Source: Cyanophora paradoxa CCMP329 (Eukaryota; Plantae; Glaucophyta). Taken from it: a DNA stretch of 64,000 bases. Positions 32,601 through 41,932 of this stretch are shown here, one piece after another (the first letter of the stretch is position 1; each line of letters starts with the position of its first letter). Made by a program: the position numbers and the translations under genes. The stretch lies in the NCBI GenBank assembly GCA_004431415.1, contig QPMI01000404.1, forward strand, positions 32,974 through 96,973, written 5' to 3'. The notes below the pieces were generated by a model. That model saw only the letters and a program-made list of their open reading frames with translations. It was not told the DNA's origin and searched no databases.

Positions 32601-33157
32601 CTCGCCCTTTGATCTTGTTGTAACGCCGGCGGCGTGCGCAGCGCAGTGCGTGCCGCTTTCCGGACGTGTGGCCCGTGGCTGCTGGGATCGGCCTCGGAGT
32701 TCATGCTTGCGGCCGCTCGGGCGCAGGTGCGGTCGTTTGCTGTCGCGCATATTTCTTCTCTTTCGATCCGAGCGCAGCGAGCTCTTCGCCCTCGCCCTCG
32801 CCCTCGCGGTCGCGGTCGCGGGCTGCCGGGCGCCTCGGAGATCATGCTTTCGGCCGCTCGGGCCGAGGTGCGGTCGTTCGCCGGCGCGGACGCTTCTTTT
32901 CTTTCGATTGACTCTCCAAGCGCAGCGAGCGCGTCGCTCTCGCCATCAGCGGACGCGGAGCGATCGCAAGCTGATCTTCTGCCTCCTCTCCTCGCCGAGG
33001 TGCATAGCCGCCTGCGTGCCGGCGTTGCCTCTTTCCATTCGATTTAAGCTCTCGCTCACCGCGATGCGCATGGCGCAGCGAGGGCGGCGAGGTGCAGAAC
33101 GACCTGGTGCGGGCCGCATCGCTTCACCCGTTATCCTCCAGCTTCTGACTCGCCCTT
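29603..33157. repeat. Right arm of long internal inverted repeat
   Basis: Reverse complement of 21482-24670 with scattered substitutions and indels and a longer minisatellite part. Confidence 0.93.
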
Positions 33158-33685
33158 TGTTGCCTAGCAACTAGGGACGAACGACTAATTGAAGCCGCGC
33201 GCGAGCGGACGGCGTCGGGCTGGAGTGCGTGCGGCTGCATCCGGGGCCAGGGTAGGGTTTATATTTGCAGGACTAGGCAGGGCTAGGCCAGAGTAGGGAT
33301 CATATTTGCGATGTGACAGCATGTATGCATAGGTGTGTGCATGCAGATCATGAATTAGGCGGCCCGCACGATATGTGAAAATAGGTGGCCTGCAGATCAA
33401 CTAATTTATATAGATGCAAAAAGCCAATGCCAGATGTACATGTGTTCTGGCCCGCCTATAGCTAGTCATGGGCCGTCAGGGCCTATATATAGCTATATAG
33501 GCTATAGTGTAGCTGACCTATGCCTGTGCATGCGACCTGCAGCTGGATCCCCCGGAGATCCTCCACTAGTACTGGCTCAATATTTATACAAGATAATATA
33601 CAAATCAATAATCTTAATATGAAGAATATTAATCAATTTATCGACAAACCTGGCGATATATCAATATATATTAATATATCAAGTA

Positions 33686-34025
33686 TCGACAGATTTTGTC
33701 GACCGATTCTGTCGCAGAGTCTGTCGATAAAATTCGACAGATTCGGTCGACCGATTCTGGCGCAGAATCAGTCGATCGACAGAGTTGGTCGATCGACTGA
33801 TTTTGTCGACCGATTCTGTCGCAGAGTCAGTCGATAAAATTCGACTGATTCGGTCGACCGATTCTGGCGCAGAATCAGTCGATCGACAGAGTTGGTCGAT
33901 CGACTGATTTTGTCGACCGATTCTGTCGCAGAGTCAGTCGATAAAATTCGACAGAATCGGTCGACCGATTCTGGCGCAGAATCAGTCGATCGACTGATTC
34001 TGTCGATCGACTGATTCTGTCGACC
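33686..34025. repeat. Right subterminal array (107-bp period)
   Basis: GTCGATAAAATTCGAC at 33723, 33830 and 33937. Confidence 0.92.
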
Positions 34026-34057
34026 AAGTATTGCAATACTCCAAAAGTGCAGATATA

Positions 34058-34710
34058 CGGCCGCGCCCGCGGCCGGCGAGCTCCACCCCGGAGTACGGCC
34101 TTGCTGGCGGAACCGCTGCGAGATGGCCCGCTGGCGCGTCGCGCTGCGGGCCCCGTGCTCGGAGTTCCGGGGACCGCTGGCGCGGCGCGCCGCGGTCCCG
34201 GCCTGCCCCGCAGGCCCGGCCGCGCCCACGGCCGGCGAGCTCCACCCCGGAGTACGGCCTTGCTGGCGGAACCGCTGCGAGATGGCCCGCTGGCGCGTCG
34301 CGCTGCGGGCCCCGTGCTCGGAGTTCCGGGGACCGCTGGCGCGGCGCGCCGCGGTCCCGGCCTGCCCCGCAGGCCCCGGCCGCGCCCGCGGCCGGCGAGC
34401 TCCACCCCGGAGTACGGCCTCGCTGGCGGAACCGCTGCGAGATGGCCCGCTGGCGCGTCGCGCTGCGGGCCCCGTACTCGGAGTTCCGGGGACCGCTGGC
34501 GCGGCGCGCCGCGGTCCCGGCCTGCCCCGCAGGCCCCGGCCGCGCCCGCGGCCGGCGAGCTCCACCCCGGAGTACGGCCTTGCTGGCGGAACCGCTGCGA
34601 GATGGCCCGCTGGCGCGTCGAGCTGCGGGCCCCGTACTCGGAGTTCCGGGGACCGCTGGCGCGGCGCGCCGCGGTCCCGGCCTGCCCCGCAGGCCCCGGC
34701 CGCGCCCGCG
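34058..34710. repeat. 160-bp satellite, segment 2
   Basis: Same unit and orientation as 19887-20667; about 4 copies. Confidence 0.97.
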
Positions 34711-35250
34711 AAAAAAAGGAGATCGTGGGGGTGCTGCGCCAACCCCCTCTTCAACACCCCCACTCCTCCAATACCACCAAAACCACCCACTCCAACGCCT
34801 TCCAACAATCATTCTCTCCCAACCCTTCGTTACGTCTACCAACCCCACCTCTCCAAGCCAACCAAACAGCATCCGCTAGGTAGTATCTAACGTCTAGTCC
34901 GATCGATCTTGCAAAAGATATAGCAGTGCTTTTAGGCGGACCCCCAAAGTGCCGGTCTCAGAATAATCTTCAGATACAGCTAGACGTTAATTGTGTGTAC
35001 TTTGAATCTAACAGAGAAAACACGTTTAGCTCAATTCTAGACGATATTAATGAGTACAATGAAGCTAACAGAGGAAACACGTTTAGCTCAATTCTAGACG
35101 TTACTTGTGTGTACTTTGAATCTAAAAAACAAGAGGTTTCAAGGTTTAAGCTACACGTAATTACTATATCATCGAAAGCTAATTACATACTCGAGTTCAG
35201 GTTCTAGCTAGACGCTAATTATTCCCACCGATGACGTAGTCCAAGTTTAG
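34711..35250. repeat. Left terminal inverted repeat of element B (540 bp)
   Basis: AAAAAAAGGAGATCGTGGGG...CCAAGTTTAG is the reverse complement of 44721-45260. Confidence 0.97.
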
Positions 35251-35351
35251 GTTCAGGTTATATCTGTGCCTTAGAGGTTTTAGCAACAATATAAAATGAT
35301 ATAAGAGATCGCGCTGATCAACCAAAATTTATTTCTAGCGACACTCTCACA

Positions 35352-38300
35352 ATGGATCAAATTGCTCGCCGTCGTAAGATAGCGTTACTTAAACAACAGA
35401 TTGTAGGTCTAGCACAAACTTTGTATGAACGTAGACGTATTCATGGACTATATCGTAACAAACTACTCCGAATCTCATCACCAGGGTCACGAACTCGACT
35501 TGTGACGCTGCAACGAACGGCTGAGTTGCTTTCATTGCTCACCGCTGTAGTTGGTCAAACACGTCGTGCCTCAGAGCGAACTGTGCAGATAATCATCGCT
35601 GAGAACCAAGCAGAACTGGTAGAACTTTTCAATGAACTCCCTGGACAGCCAAATGAGGAACTTGCTGGAGATGGTTCACGCGAGACGGCACTAGATGGTA
35701 TATACGCACTCGAAAGCGCAGCAATCATCAGGCCGAACGGACTAAGAGTAACATCATTAGCATCGTACCTGTCGAACACCCCAGAATTCAAAGCAAAATT
35801 CGAGCGATTCATAACCGAACGTTTGAATTCAGCGAATGAATCTCGAATGGGACTATCAATAAAGGTATATGCAAAAGGTATTTTTAAGCATCGGCAGAAT
35901 GGCACAGAAGGTTTTACTAACCGCTTCAAAACAGATGAGATCAGTGAAGATCAATTCTACCGTATCCTCCCCGGTGCAAACATTGAAGTTGAGCTGCGTG
36001 ACAGATGTGTTGAAATCGATGGAAGAGCTGAACAGGAAAATGACAGCTGGGAGTTAGAAACGTGGACGTATTTTTACATACAAAGTCTTGAACATGTCCG
36101 CGCCGTTGGTGGAGCATCATTTGAACTTCCATCTTGGATTGTAAACAAGAAGGCCGTTGTAAATGTTGAAGCACCAAACAACATGTGTTTTGCGTATGCT
36201 ATACTATCTGCAAAATATCCTGTTGACCGACATGCTCACCCACAGCGAGCATCTAGCTATTCGCAACATCTGGGATTGATCGACACAACAATGCTCAGTT
36301 ATCCTGTCCCGCTTGATTCAAAGATATTCCGTCGGTTTGAAGAGGCAAACAATTTGAAGCTATGCGTGTATGTGGCTGATAATGAAAAGCTAGATATAAC
36401 TCCATATTATATTTCAGCTGCACGCGATGCTATTCCACTTTTATACATTCCGGCTGAAAATAACTATGGCCATTTCGTTTGGATCAAGAACGTGAGCCGA
36501 TTGTTTGCACGTCCTGGAATTGACAAGAACGCACGCAGCTATTGTCTCGCTTGTCAAAAAGGATTTCGCGGTGATGATTCTCTTCAGAAACACATCGACG
36601 AAGACAGATGCCTCGAACGGGATGAGCATGGCCGAGATGTGTTACCAAAACCCGACCGTGCAACATTGAAATTTCTGAATCATGCGAATACGATAACGGC
36701 ACGATATGTTGGAGCCTATGATTTTGAAACACTTGCAATGTCTACGAACTCTGTGAAAAATGGAAAGACTAAGGAGATTGCTTGTCAAATACCAGCTGCT
36801 GTTGGATGTTTGATCACAGGCAATGATGACACAAAATACTGGCATGTAAATAGCGGTCGAAGATGCGAGGAGAGGTTTGTTGAATGGCTAGATTCAATGG
36901 AACCAACTTTAAAGAAAGGGCTAAATGCATCGGTACCAGCGATAAAAACAGATGATGCAAAACAAACGTTTGATTCAGCTACTAGTTGCTATATCTGTAA
37001 CGTTGAATTCAGCGAGAAGATCAAAAAGGTCTGGGACCACGATCACGATAATGGTGAATTCAAAGGTGCTGCTTGCTGTGGTTGCAACCGGAGGAGATGT
37101 AAATCAAAACGCGTTTTCTTGCTAGCACACAATGCTCGTGGGTTTGATTCGCATTTGCTGATCCGCGCAATTGCAAAGGGAAGTGTCAGAAGACATGCCG
37201 CACATATTGAATTTAAGAAGAGATTGAATGAAAAACTTGAATCAGTCCGAGCACGACTTGAGAAGACATATCAAACTCAAAGCGTGAGGGAATGGACAAT
37301 GAACAAACTCAAAATATCTCTTGCTGAATATGAAAAACGAGTCCCAGGATTTATCAAAAGCCAACTCGTAAAAGAACAAATAAATTTCGAGAAATCTGAG
37401 ACACCGCTTTCAAATCGTTTCGAAGTGATGTTCCAAAACTCCGAGAAAATGAGTCAAATTGAGTACGGCATTTATGTATTCCGCGACAGCATGCAACATC
37501 TATCAGCAACGCTCGAAAAGCTAGCGTCATCGCTTCCAGATGAGCTGAAAAAGCAAACTCGCGAGTTATGTCCCGATGCGGAAACGTTTAATTTGATGAC
37601 AAGAAAGGGTATATATCCATACAGCTACGTAAATTCTTGGAAGCGGCTTGCAGACCGTAAGCTACCTCCGATAGAGGCGTTTCACAATGACTTGAAAAAT
37701 GAAAAGTGCAAGCTTGAAGATTATGAGCACGCACAGAAGGTTTGGAAAAAGCTGAAATGTAAGACAATGTTAGATTACACGATTGCTTATATGAAACTTG
37801 ATATAACGTTACTATCAGATGTGTTTCAAGCGTATCGGGAAACATCTCGCGCTACAGATGGCATAGATCCTGCATATTACATGTCACTACCAGGCTTTAG
37901 TTGGGATGCGGCGCTAAAATATACAGGTGGACAATTACAGCTGATGCATGAGGGTCAAGAGGATATGTTCAGATTCTTCGAGACAGGTATTCGTGGTGGT
38001 ATCTCAATGGTGTCAAATCGATATGCAAAAGCGAACAATAAGGACATGGATGATTATGATCCATCCAAACCATCAGTATATCTGTACTATATAGATGCAA
38101 ATTCGTTGTACGGATATGCGATGTTAGAGAAACATCCGATTGGAGATTTTAAATGGGTTGATCCAGAAACCTTTGTCCTTGATGGTTTCGATTATGACGG
38201 TGATATAGGAGCAACACTTGAAATTGATGCTTACATTCCAGATGAGCTTCACGAGAAATTTAGTGATTACCCCATCGCCCCAGTTTCAATGAGTGTTGAG

Positions 38301-39401
38301 CCATCGATGTTATCGACATCACAACAGGATATGATTAAGAAGGATTGTGTTCAAATGAAGACGCGAAAGCTTATTCCAAGTCTGCTTCCATTGAAGAAAT
38401 ATGTAGTTGACGGTCGACTGCTAAAATTTTACAGAAGTCAAGGTCTTGTGGTGAGCAAAATCCATCGGATTATTACGTACAAGCAGAGTGCTTGGATGAA
38501 ACCGTATGTGGAAAAAAATGCCGAAATGCGTCAAGCTGCAACCTTCGATCATGTGCGAGATTTATTCAAGTTGAAGACCAACGCGTTATACGGTAAAAAC
38601 ATGGAAAACGTCAGAAAGCATTGTGATGCAGAGCTTGTGACAGATGGTGTCAGACTGACAAAAATCGCCGCACAGCCAAATTTGTTGAAGCAAATTGTCA
38701 AATATGATGAGGATCTAGTATTCATCTCTAAACGTAAATCGCAAGTTAAGTTAAACAAACCGATATACAGCGGATTCAGCGTTTTGGAAATGTCAAAACT
38801 ACACATGTTCAAATTTTACTACGAGCAACTGATACCGCTCTGGGGTCCGCGGGTTAAATTGCTTGCAACGGATACAGACTCGCTGATCCTTAGAATTGAG
38901 ACAGATGATTTGTACGCTGATCTGAAAAAGATAAGTCATATTCTAGACGTTAGCAAATATCCGGAATCACATCGATTCTTTGCTGGAATGTCGGAGGAAC
39001 AAATTGCCGCCATTAAGAAAAAATCGACAGCCCTTGGCAATTTCAAAGATGAATGCAATGGTAATCAAATGGTAGAATTCATCGCAAACCGTCCAAAGAG
39101 TTACTGGTATCAAATTGAAAGTGGAAAACAAGAGAGACGTTGCAAAGGAATTTCTAAAAGCTTTGCTGGCCAACTTACTCGTGAAAGATATATTGATTGT
39201 GTACTTGGTAAAGATGTAGACGGACAGAAACAATTCATAGCCTGCGAAGTGAGTGGAATTCGTGGGATGCGCTCAAAGAAACATCGGGTTTACGTGCAAG
39301 AAACTTCAAAGCAGGCACTACATCCGTTAGACACAAAACGATGGCTATGTGATGATGGCGTTGAAACTTTGGCTCTGGGTCACTGGCGCACACGTATTTG
39401 A
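35352..39401 (+). CDS. Protein-primed family B DNA polymerase with N-terminal TP-like region, OTU-like protease, Zn finger and EndoVII-like insert
   Basis: Exo I YDFET, Exo II AHNARGFD, RKGIYPY, YIDANSLYG, KLKTNALYGK, ATDTDSL; NMCFAYAIL..GHFVWIKN; CYIC..DHDHDNG..CCGCN. Confidence 0.97.
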   Translation: MDQIARRRKIALLKQQIVGLAQTLYERRRIHGLYRNKLLRISSPGSRTRLVTLQRTAELLSLLTAVVGQTRRASERTVQIIIAENQAELVELFNELPGQPNEELAGDGSRETALDGIYALESAAIIRPNGLRVTSLASYLSNTPEFKAKFERFITERLNSANESRMGLSIKVYAKGIFKHRQNGTEGFTNRFKTDEISEDQFYRILPGANIEVELRDRCVEIDGRAEQENDSWELETWTYFYIQSLEHVRAVGGASFELPSWIVNKKAVVNVEAPNNMCFAYAILSAKYPVDRHAHPQRASSYSQHLGLIDTTMLSYPVPLDSKIFRRFEEANNLKLCVYVADNEKLDITPYYISAARDAIPLLYIPAENNYGHFVWIKNVSRLFARPGIDKNARSYCLACQKGFRGDDSLQKHIDEDRCLERDEHGRDVLPKPDRATLKFLNHANTITARYVGAYDFETLAMSTNSVKNGKTKEIACQIPAAVGCLITGNDDTKYWHVNSGRRCEERFVEWLDSMEPTLKKGLNASVPAIKTDDAKQTFDSATSCYICNVEFSEKIKKVWDHDHDNGEFKGAACCGCNRRRCKSKRVFLLAHNARGFDSHLLIRAIAKGSVRRHAAHIEFKKRLNEKLESVRARLEKTYQTQSVREWTMNKLKISLAEYEKRVPGFIKSQLVKEQINFEKSETPLSNRFEVMFQNSEKMSQIEYGIYVFRDSMQHLSATLEKLASSLPDELKKQTRELCPDAETFNLMTRKGIYPYSYVNSWKRLADRKLPPIEAFHNDLKNEKCKLEDYEHAQKVWKKLKCKTMLDYTIAYMKLDITLLSDVFQAYRETSRATDGIDPAYYMSLPGFSWDAALKYTGGQLQLMHEGQEDMFRFFETGIRGGISMVSNRYAKANNKDMDDYDPSKPSVYLYYIDANSLYGYAMLEKHPIGDFKWVDPETFVLDGFDYDGDIGATLEIDAYIPDELHEKFSDYPIAPVSMSVEPSMLSTSQQDMIKKDCVQMKTRKLIPSLLPLKKYVVDGRLLKFYRSQGLVVSKIHRIITYKQSAWMKPYVEKNAEMRQAATFDHVRDLFKLKTNALYGKNMENVRKHCDAELVTDGVRLTKIAAQPNLLKQIVKYDEDLVFISKRKSQVKLNKPIYSGFSVLEMSKLHMFKFYYEQLIPLWGPRVKLLATDTDSLILRIETDDLYADLKKISHILDVSKYPESHRFFAGMSEEQIAAIKKKSTALGNFKDECNGNQMVEFIANRPKSYWYQIESGKQERRCKGISKSFAGQLTRERYIDCVLGKDVDGQKQFIACEVSGIRGMRSKKHRVYVQETSKQALHPLDTKRWLCDDGVETLALGHWRTRI

Positions 39402-39427
39402 AAAAAGAAGCTGCGACCCTCCAACCA

Positions 39428-39718
39428 CTAGGCCGCTGAAACTACCTCAACCGATTGAGCACCAAACTTATCCATTAGAGTTAGAAGCAACTGTCTTTGC
39501 CGACGTCGATAGTTACGGCACTGCTCCCGTTTGCGGTCAATATTTCTTTCCTGATACTCATACGTCGCTTGGAGCTTGCGCTTACGAAATTCCTCATCTG
39601 AATGATAACGAGCTTTTACCGCTGCTGATCGTTTCTTCTTCATCTCTTCTATTACTTCCGGAGACTTAGACTTTGGAGGACGTCCACGCTTGCGCGCCAA
39701 ACAGTTTTCAACCTCCAT
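39428..39718 (-). CDS. Small basic protein with AT-hook-like motif
   Basis: RKRGRPPK followed by a charged helix; likely counterpart of 2902-3231. Confidence 0.65.
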   Translation of the reverse strand: MEVENCLARKRGRPPKSKSPEVIEEMKKKRSAAVKARYHSDEEFRKRKLQATYEYQERNIDRKREQCRNYRRRQRQLLLTLMDKFGAQSVEVVSAA

Positions 39719-39795
39719 TACAATATCACTTTATTATTAATCACAATCACAATCTTTTTAAGGCATATTCACGCGATATCCACCAAAAAACTTTT

Positions 39796-40743
39796 ATGTG
39801 TGTGACAATTAGAAGAATGTACACGATAACAGCGCCACCTGGTGCATGGCAAATTGATGTATTATTTATTGGGAGATATCGCCTGTTTGCGGCGGTTGAG
39901 ATTGCGACCCGTTTCGCTATCGTTCGAAAAATAGAAACCTTCAAACAAATTCCAAAAATGATTGCGGAGCTACCAGGAATATGGGGATTTTCAGGTGACA
40001 ACGGTTTTAACACAGCAGCAATTCGGGAAATGGCTGAAGAGAACTCGTTGAAAATGCACACTGATGTTGCCAAAGATGACCACATTTCTAAAGGTAACAA
40101 ACTTGGAATTATCGACAGGTTCGCTAGGACATTGCGAGCATTGATCCAGGCCGACACAGAGGCACGCGGCTCCCCGCATTTCCTCTCACGCTTGCCTGCG
40201 ATTTTGAAGGCGTACAATGAAACAGCACACAATGCATTTGGTGGAGATCGATCACCAACGTGGATGCGTGAAAATACACAGGTTGCCGAACAGCTACATC
40301 AAGTTCGTCAGCGACAGAACGATATTGAACGAGAGAACACAAATATGCCTAAACCTGGTACGGAGGTGCAGATCCTTGAACCTAAGCCAAGCGTGTTCGC
40401 AAAGGGTCTGGCGAAACCAAGCAAAGAGACCTACGTTGTTGCTGGCGTTGATAAGAACCGTGTTAGGTTAATTACAAAGCAAGGTGTGGAAATTTCTAGA
40501 CGTGTGAAACCATCCGAGATTCGTGCGCCACAAGAACTACCTGACCAGTCTAAGATTGAAAGAGCGACTGCTAGATCGAAGCAAGATCGTCAGCTTCGGA
40601 GAGAGGGTCTCGTTGAAACGAAAACGTATGCGGGTCAAAACCGGAAGGATCGTGAGCTAAAAAAACTCGAAATTGCTGCTGAACCATTGCTCAGAGCAGG
40701 CGCCAAACCCGCTGGATATTACGCAAAGAGAATTCGAAGGTAG
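39796..40743 (+). CDS. Retroviral-like (rve) integrase
   Basis: GAWQIDVLF (D1), AVEIATRFA, FSGDNG (D2), GIIDRFARTLR (D at the usual E position), YNETAH. First ATG at 39796 (alternative 39817). Consistent with the 6-bp TSD. Confidence 0.9.
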   Translation: MCVTIRRMYTITAPPGAWQIDVLFIGRYRLFAAVEIATRFAIVRKIETFKQIPKMIAELPGIWGFSGDNGFNTAAIREMAEENSLKMHTDVAKDDHISKGNKLGIIDRFARTLRALIQADTEARGSPHFLSRLPAILKAYNETAHNAFGGDRSPTWMRENTQVAEQLHQVRQRQNDIERENTNMPKPGTEVQILEPKPSVFAKGLAKPSKETYVVAGVDKNRVRLITKQGVEISRRVKPSEIRAPQELPDQSKIERATARSKQDRQLRREGLVETKTYAGQNRKDRELKKLEIAAEPLLRAGAKPAGYYAKRIRR

Positions 40744-40804
40744 AAGCGCGTGAATATGCCTTAAATATATTGCAATCTGTAGATGTAACGAAAAAGTCAC
40801 AGAG

Positions 40805-41053
40805 ATGACCGATATCAACCTTCCGATATACGTTGCCTTTGCAATCCAGCAACACATTGAGTATCTTCTACTGAAACATTGCCGGAGGAGAATCCACCGA
40901 CCCACCAACCACTATGTCCGTGTTTCCCTTGACAAACGAACCGATAAATGGAAAGCAGAAACCAAAATCAATGGTTGCAAGAAGATAATCGGTTATTATG
41001 ATTCATTCGAAGATGCTTATAAAGATCAAACATCGAAATCACGGTTTAATTGA
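40805..41053 (+). CDS. Small AP2-like domain protein
   Basis: YVRVSLDKRTDKWKAETKINGCKKIIGYYDSFEDA aligns with the AP2 domain at 7068-7331. Confidence 0.75.
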   Translation: MTDINLPIYVAFAIQQHIEYLLLKHCRRRIHRPTNHYVRVSLDKRTDKWKAETKINGCKKIIGYYDSFEDAYKDQTSKSRFN

Positions 41054-41078
41054 AGGGAATAACACCCTTTATTTTTTG

Positions 41079-41456
41079 ATGGATATTGAAGAAGATTAGA
41101 ATCTAGAAGACTATTGGCCAGGCAGGAGTCAACTCACCCCAAGTCACTGCATTAGCTTCGGCATTTACAAAGGATCCTCATATTTGTGGATTGCCTCAGC
41201 TAAACCAGATTATACTACCTGGTTGCTGCGACAAGATTGGTTGCCGGCTTTTGATCGCGCTTCTTTCTTGCGTGTAAAAACTTTGATAGAGCCGAAAAAT
41301 CTCCAGAAGATTTATCAACATAGTAGACGCGGTCCGAGGTCACGGCTTCAAATATCAAAACCTGATACGAATGACCCCATTCAACAAAAAGACGCATTAA
41401 ATCTGCTCGATTCACTCCGGCGTTGTATTCGGAGAAGACGCAATCGAACTCTTTAA
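41079..41456 (+). pseudogene. FGxYKG-motif protein with an in-frame TAG at codon 7
   Basis: ATG 41079 reads MDIEED*NLEDYWPGR..ISFGIYKG in frame with the listed ORF 41184-41456; homologous to 3332-3736. Confidence 0.68.
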
Positions 41457-41931
41457 TATTCGATAGAATCGACGAAAAGCATACATATTCGCAGTTTCTA
41501 CGAATTGTTGGACTGATTCCACATAGACGTTGCGTCGTTATAAAAAGGCTCATGTTATAATGACGGCCCGAAGTGAAGAGCTTTTGCATTAATCGGTCAC
41601 TGTGGACGTTTACAAGATCATTATCGAGCAAGTCATCTAAAACAATTGCTATTTTTCGATCATCTTTCTTGCGTCGTCTTTCTTTTTGACGTTCTAAAAG
41701 TTCTTCAACCAAAACTGTATCCCATTCTTCATAAATATTGCTCTTGCGTGCTGTATCATTCCACTGTTCTGTAAATGCTGTTGTACTAAAGACGTAAATA
41801 TCGTCTAGCTGATTTGCTACAGCATTTAATACGTGTTTTACGTAGGTGCTTTTTCCAGAATTCGTGGGTCCAACAAACAAGAACCGTTTAGGCAGTTTTA
41901 TTTCCGTCGGATCAAACAATTTGATATCCAT
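41215..41931 (-). CDS. A32-like genome packaging ATPase
   Basis: GPTNSGKST, IVLDD, LFTSGRHYNMS. Confidence 0.95.
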   Translation of the reverse strand: MDIKLFDPTEIKLPKRFLFVGPTNSGKSTYVKHVLNAVANQLDDIYVFSTTAFTEQWNDTARKSNIYEEWDTVLVEELLERQKERRRKKDDRKIAIVLDDLLDNDLVNVHSDRLMQKLFTSGRHYNMSLFITTQRLCGISPTIRRNCEYVCFSSILSNIKEFDCVFSEYNAGVNRADLMRLFVEWGHSYQVLIFEAVTSDRVYYVDKSSGDFSALSKFLHARKKRDQKPATNLVAATR

Positions 41932-41932
41932 T

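Larger units (their letters stand above)
20668..34057. mobile_element. 13,390-bp TIR-bounded, apparently non-autonomous DNA element
   Basis: 30-bp perfect TIR TATATCTGCACTTTTGGAGTATTGCAATAC (20668-20697 / 34028-34057). CGGCC is duplicated at 20663-20667 and 34058-34062, and the satellite resumes in register. No transposase was recognised. Confidence 0.9.

Noticed and set aside
34926-35207. 93-aa ORF duplicated at 44764-45045
   Set aside because: It lies within the TIRs, has a non-ATG start and mirrors internal DNA repeats.
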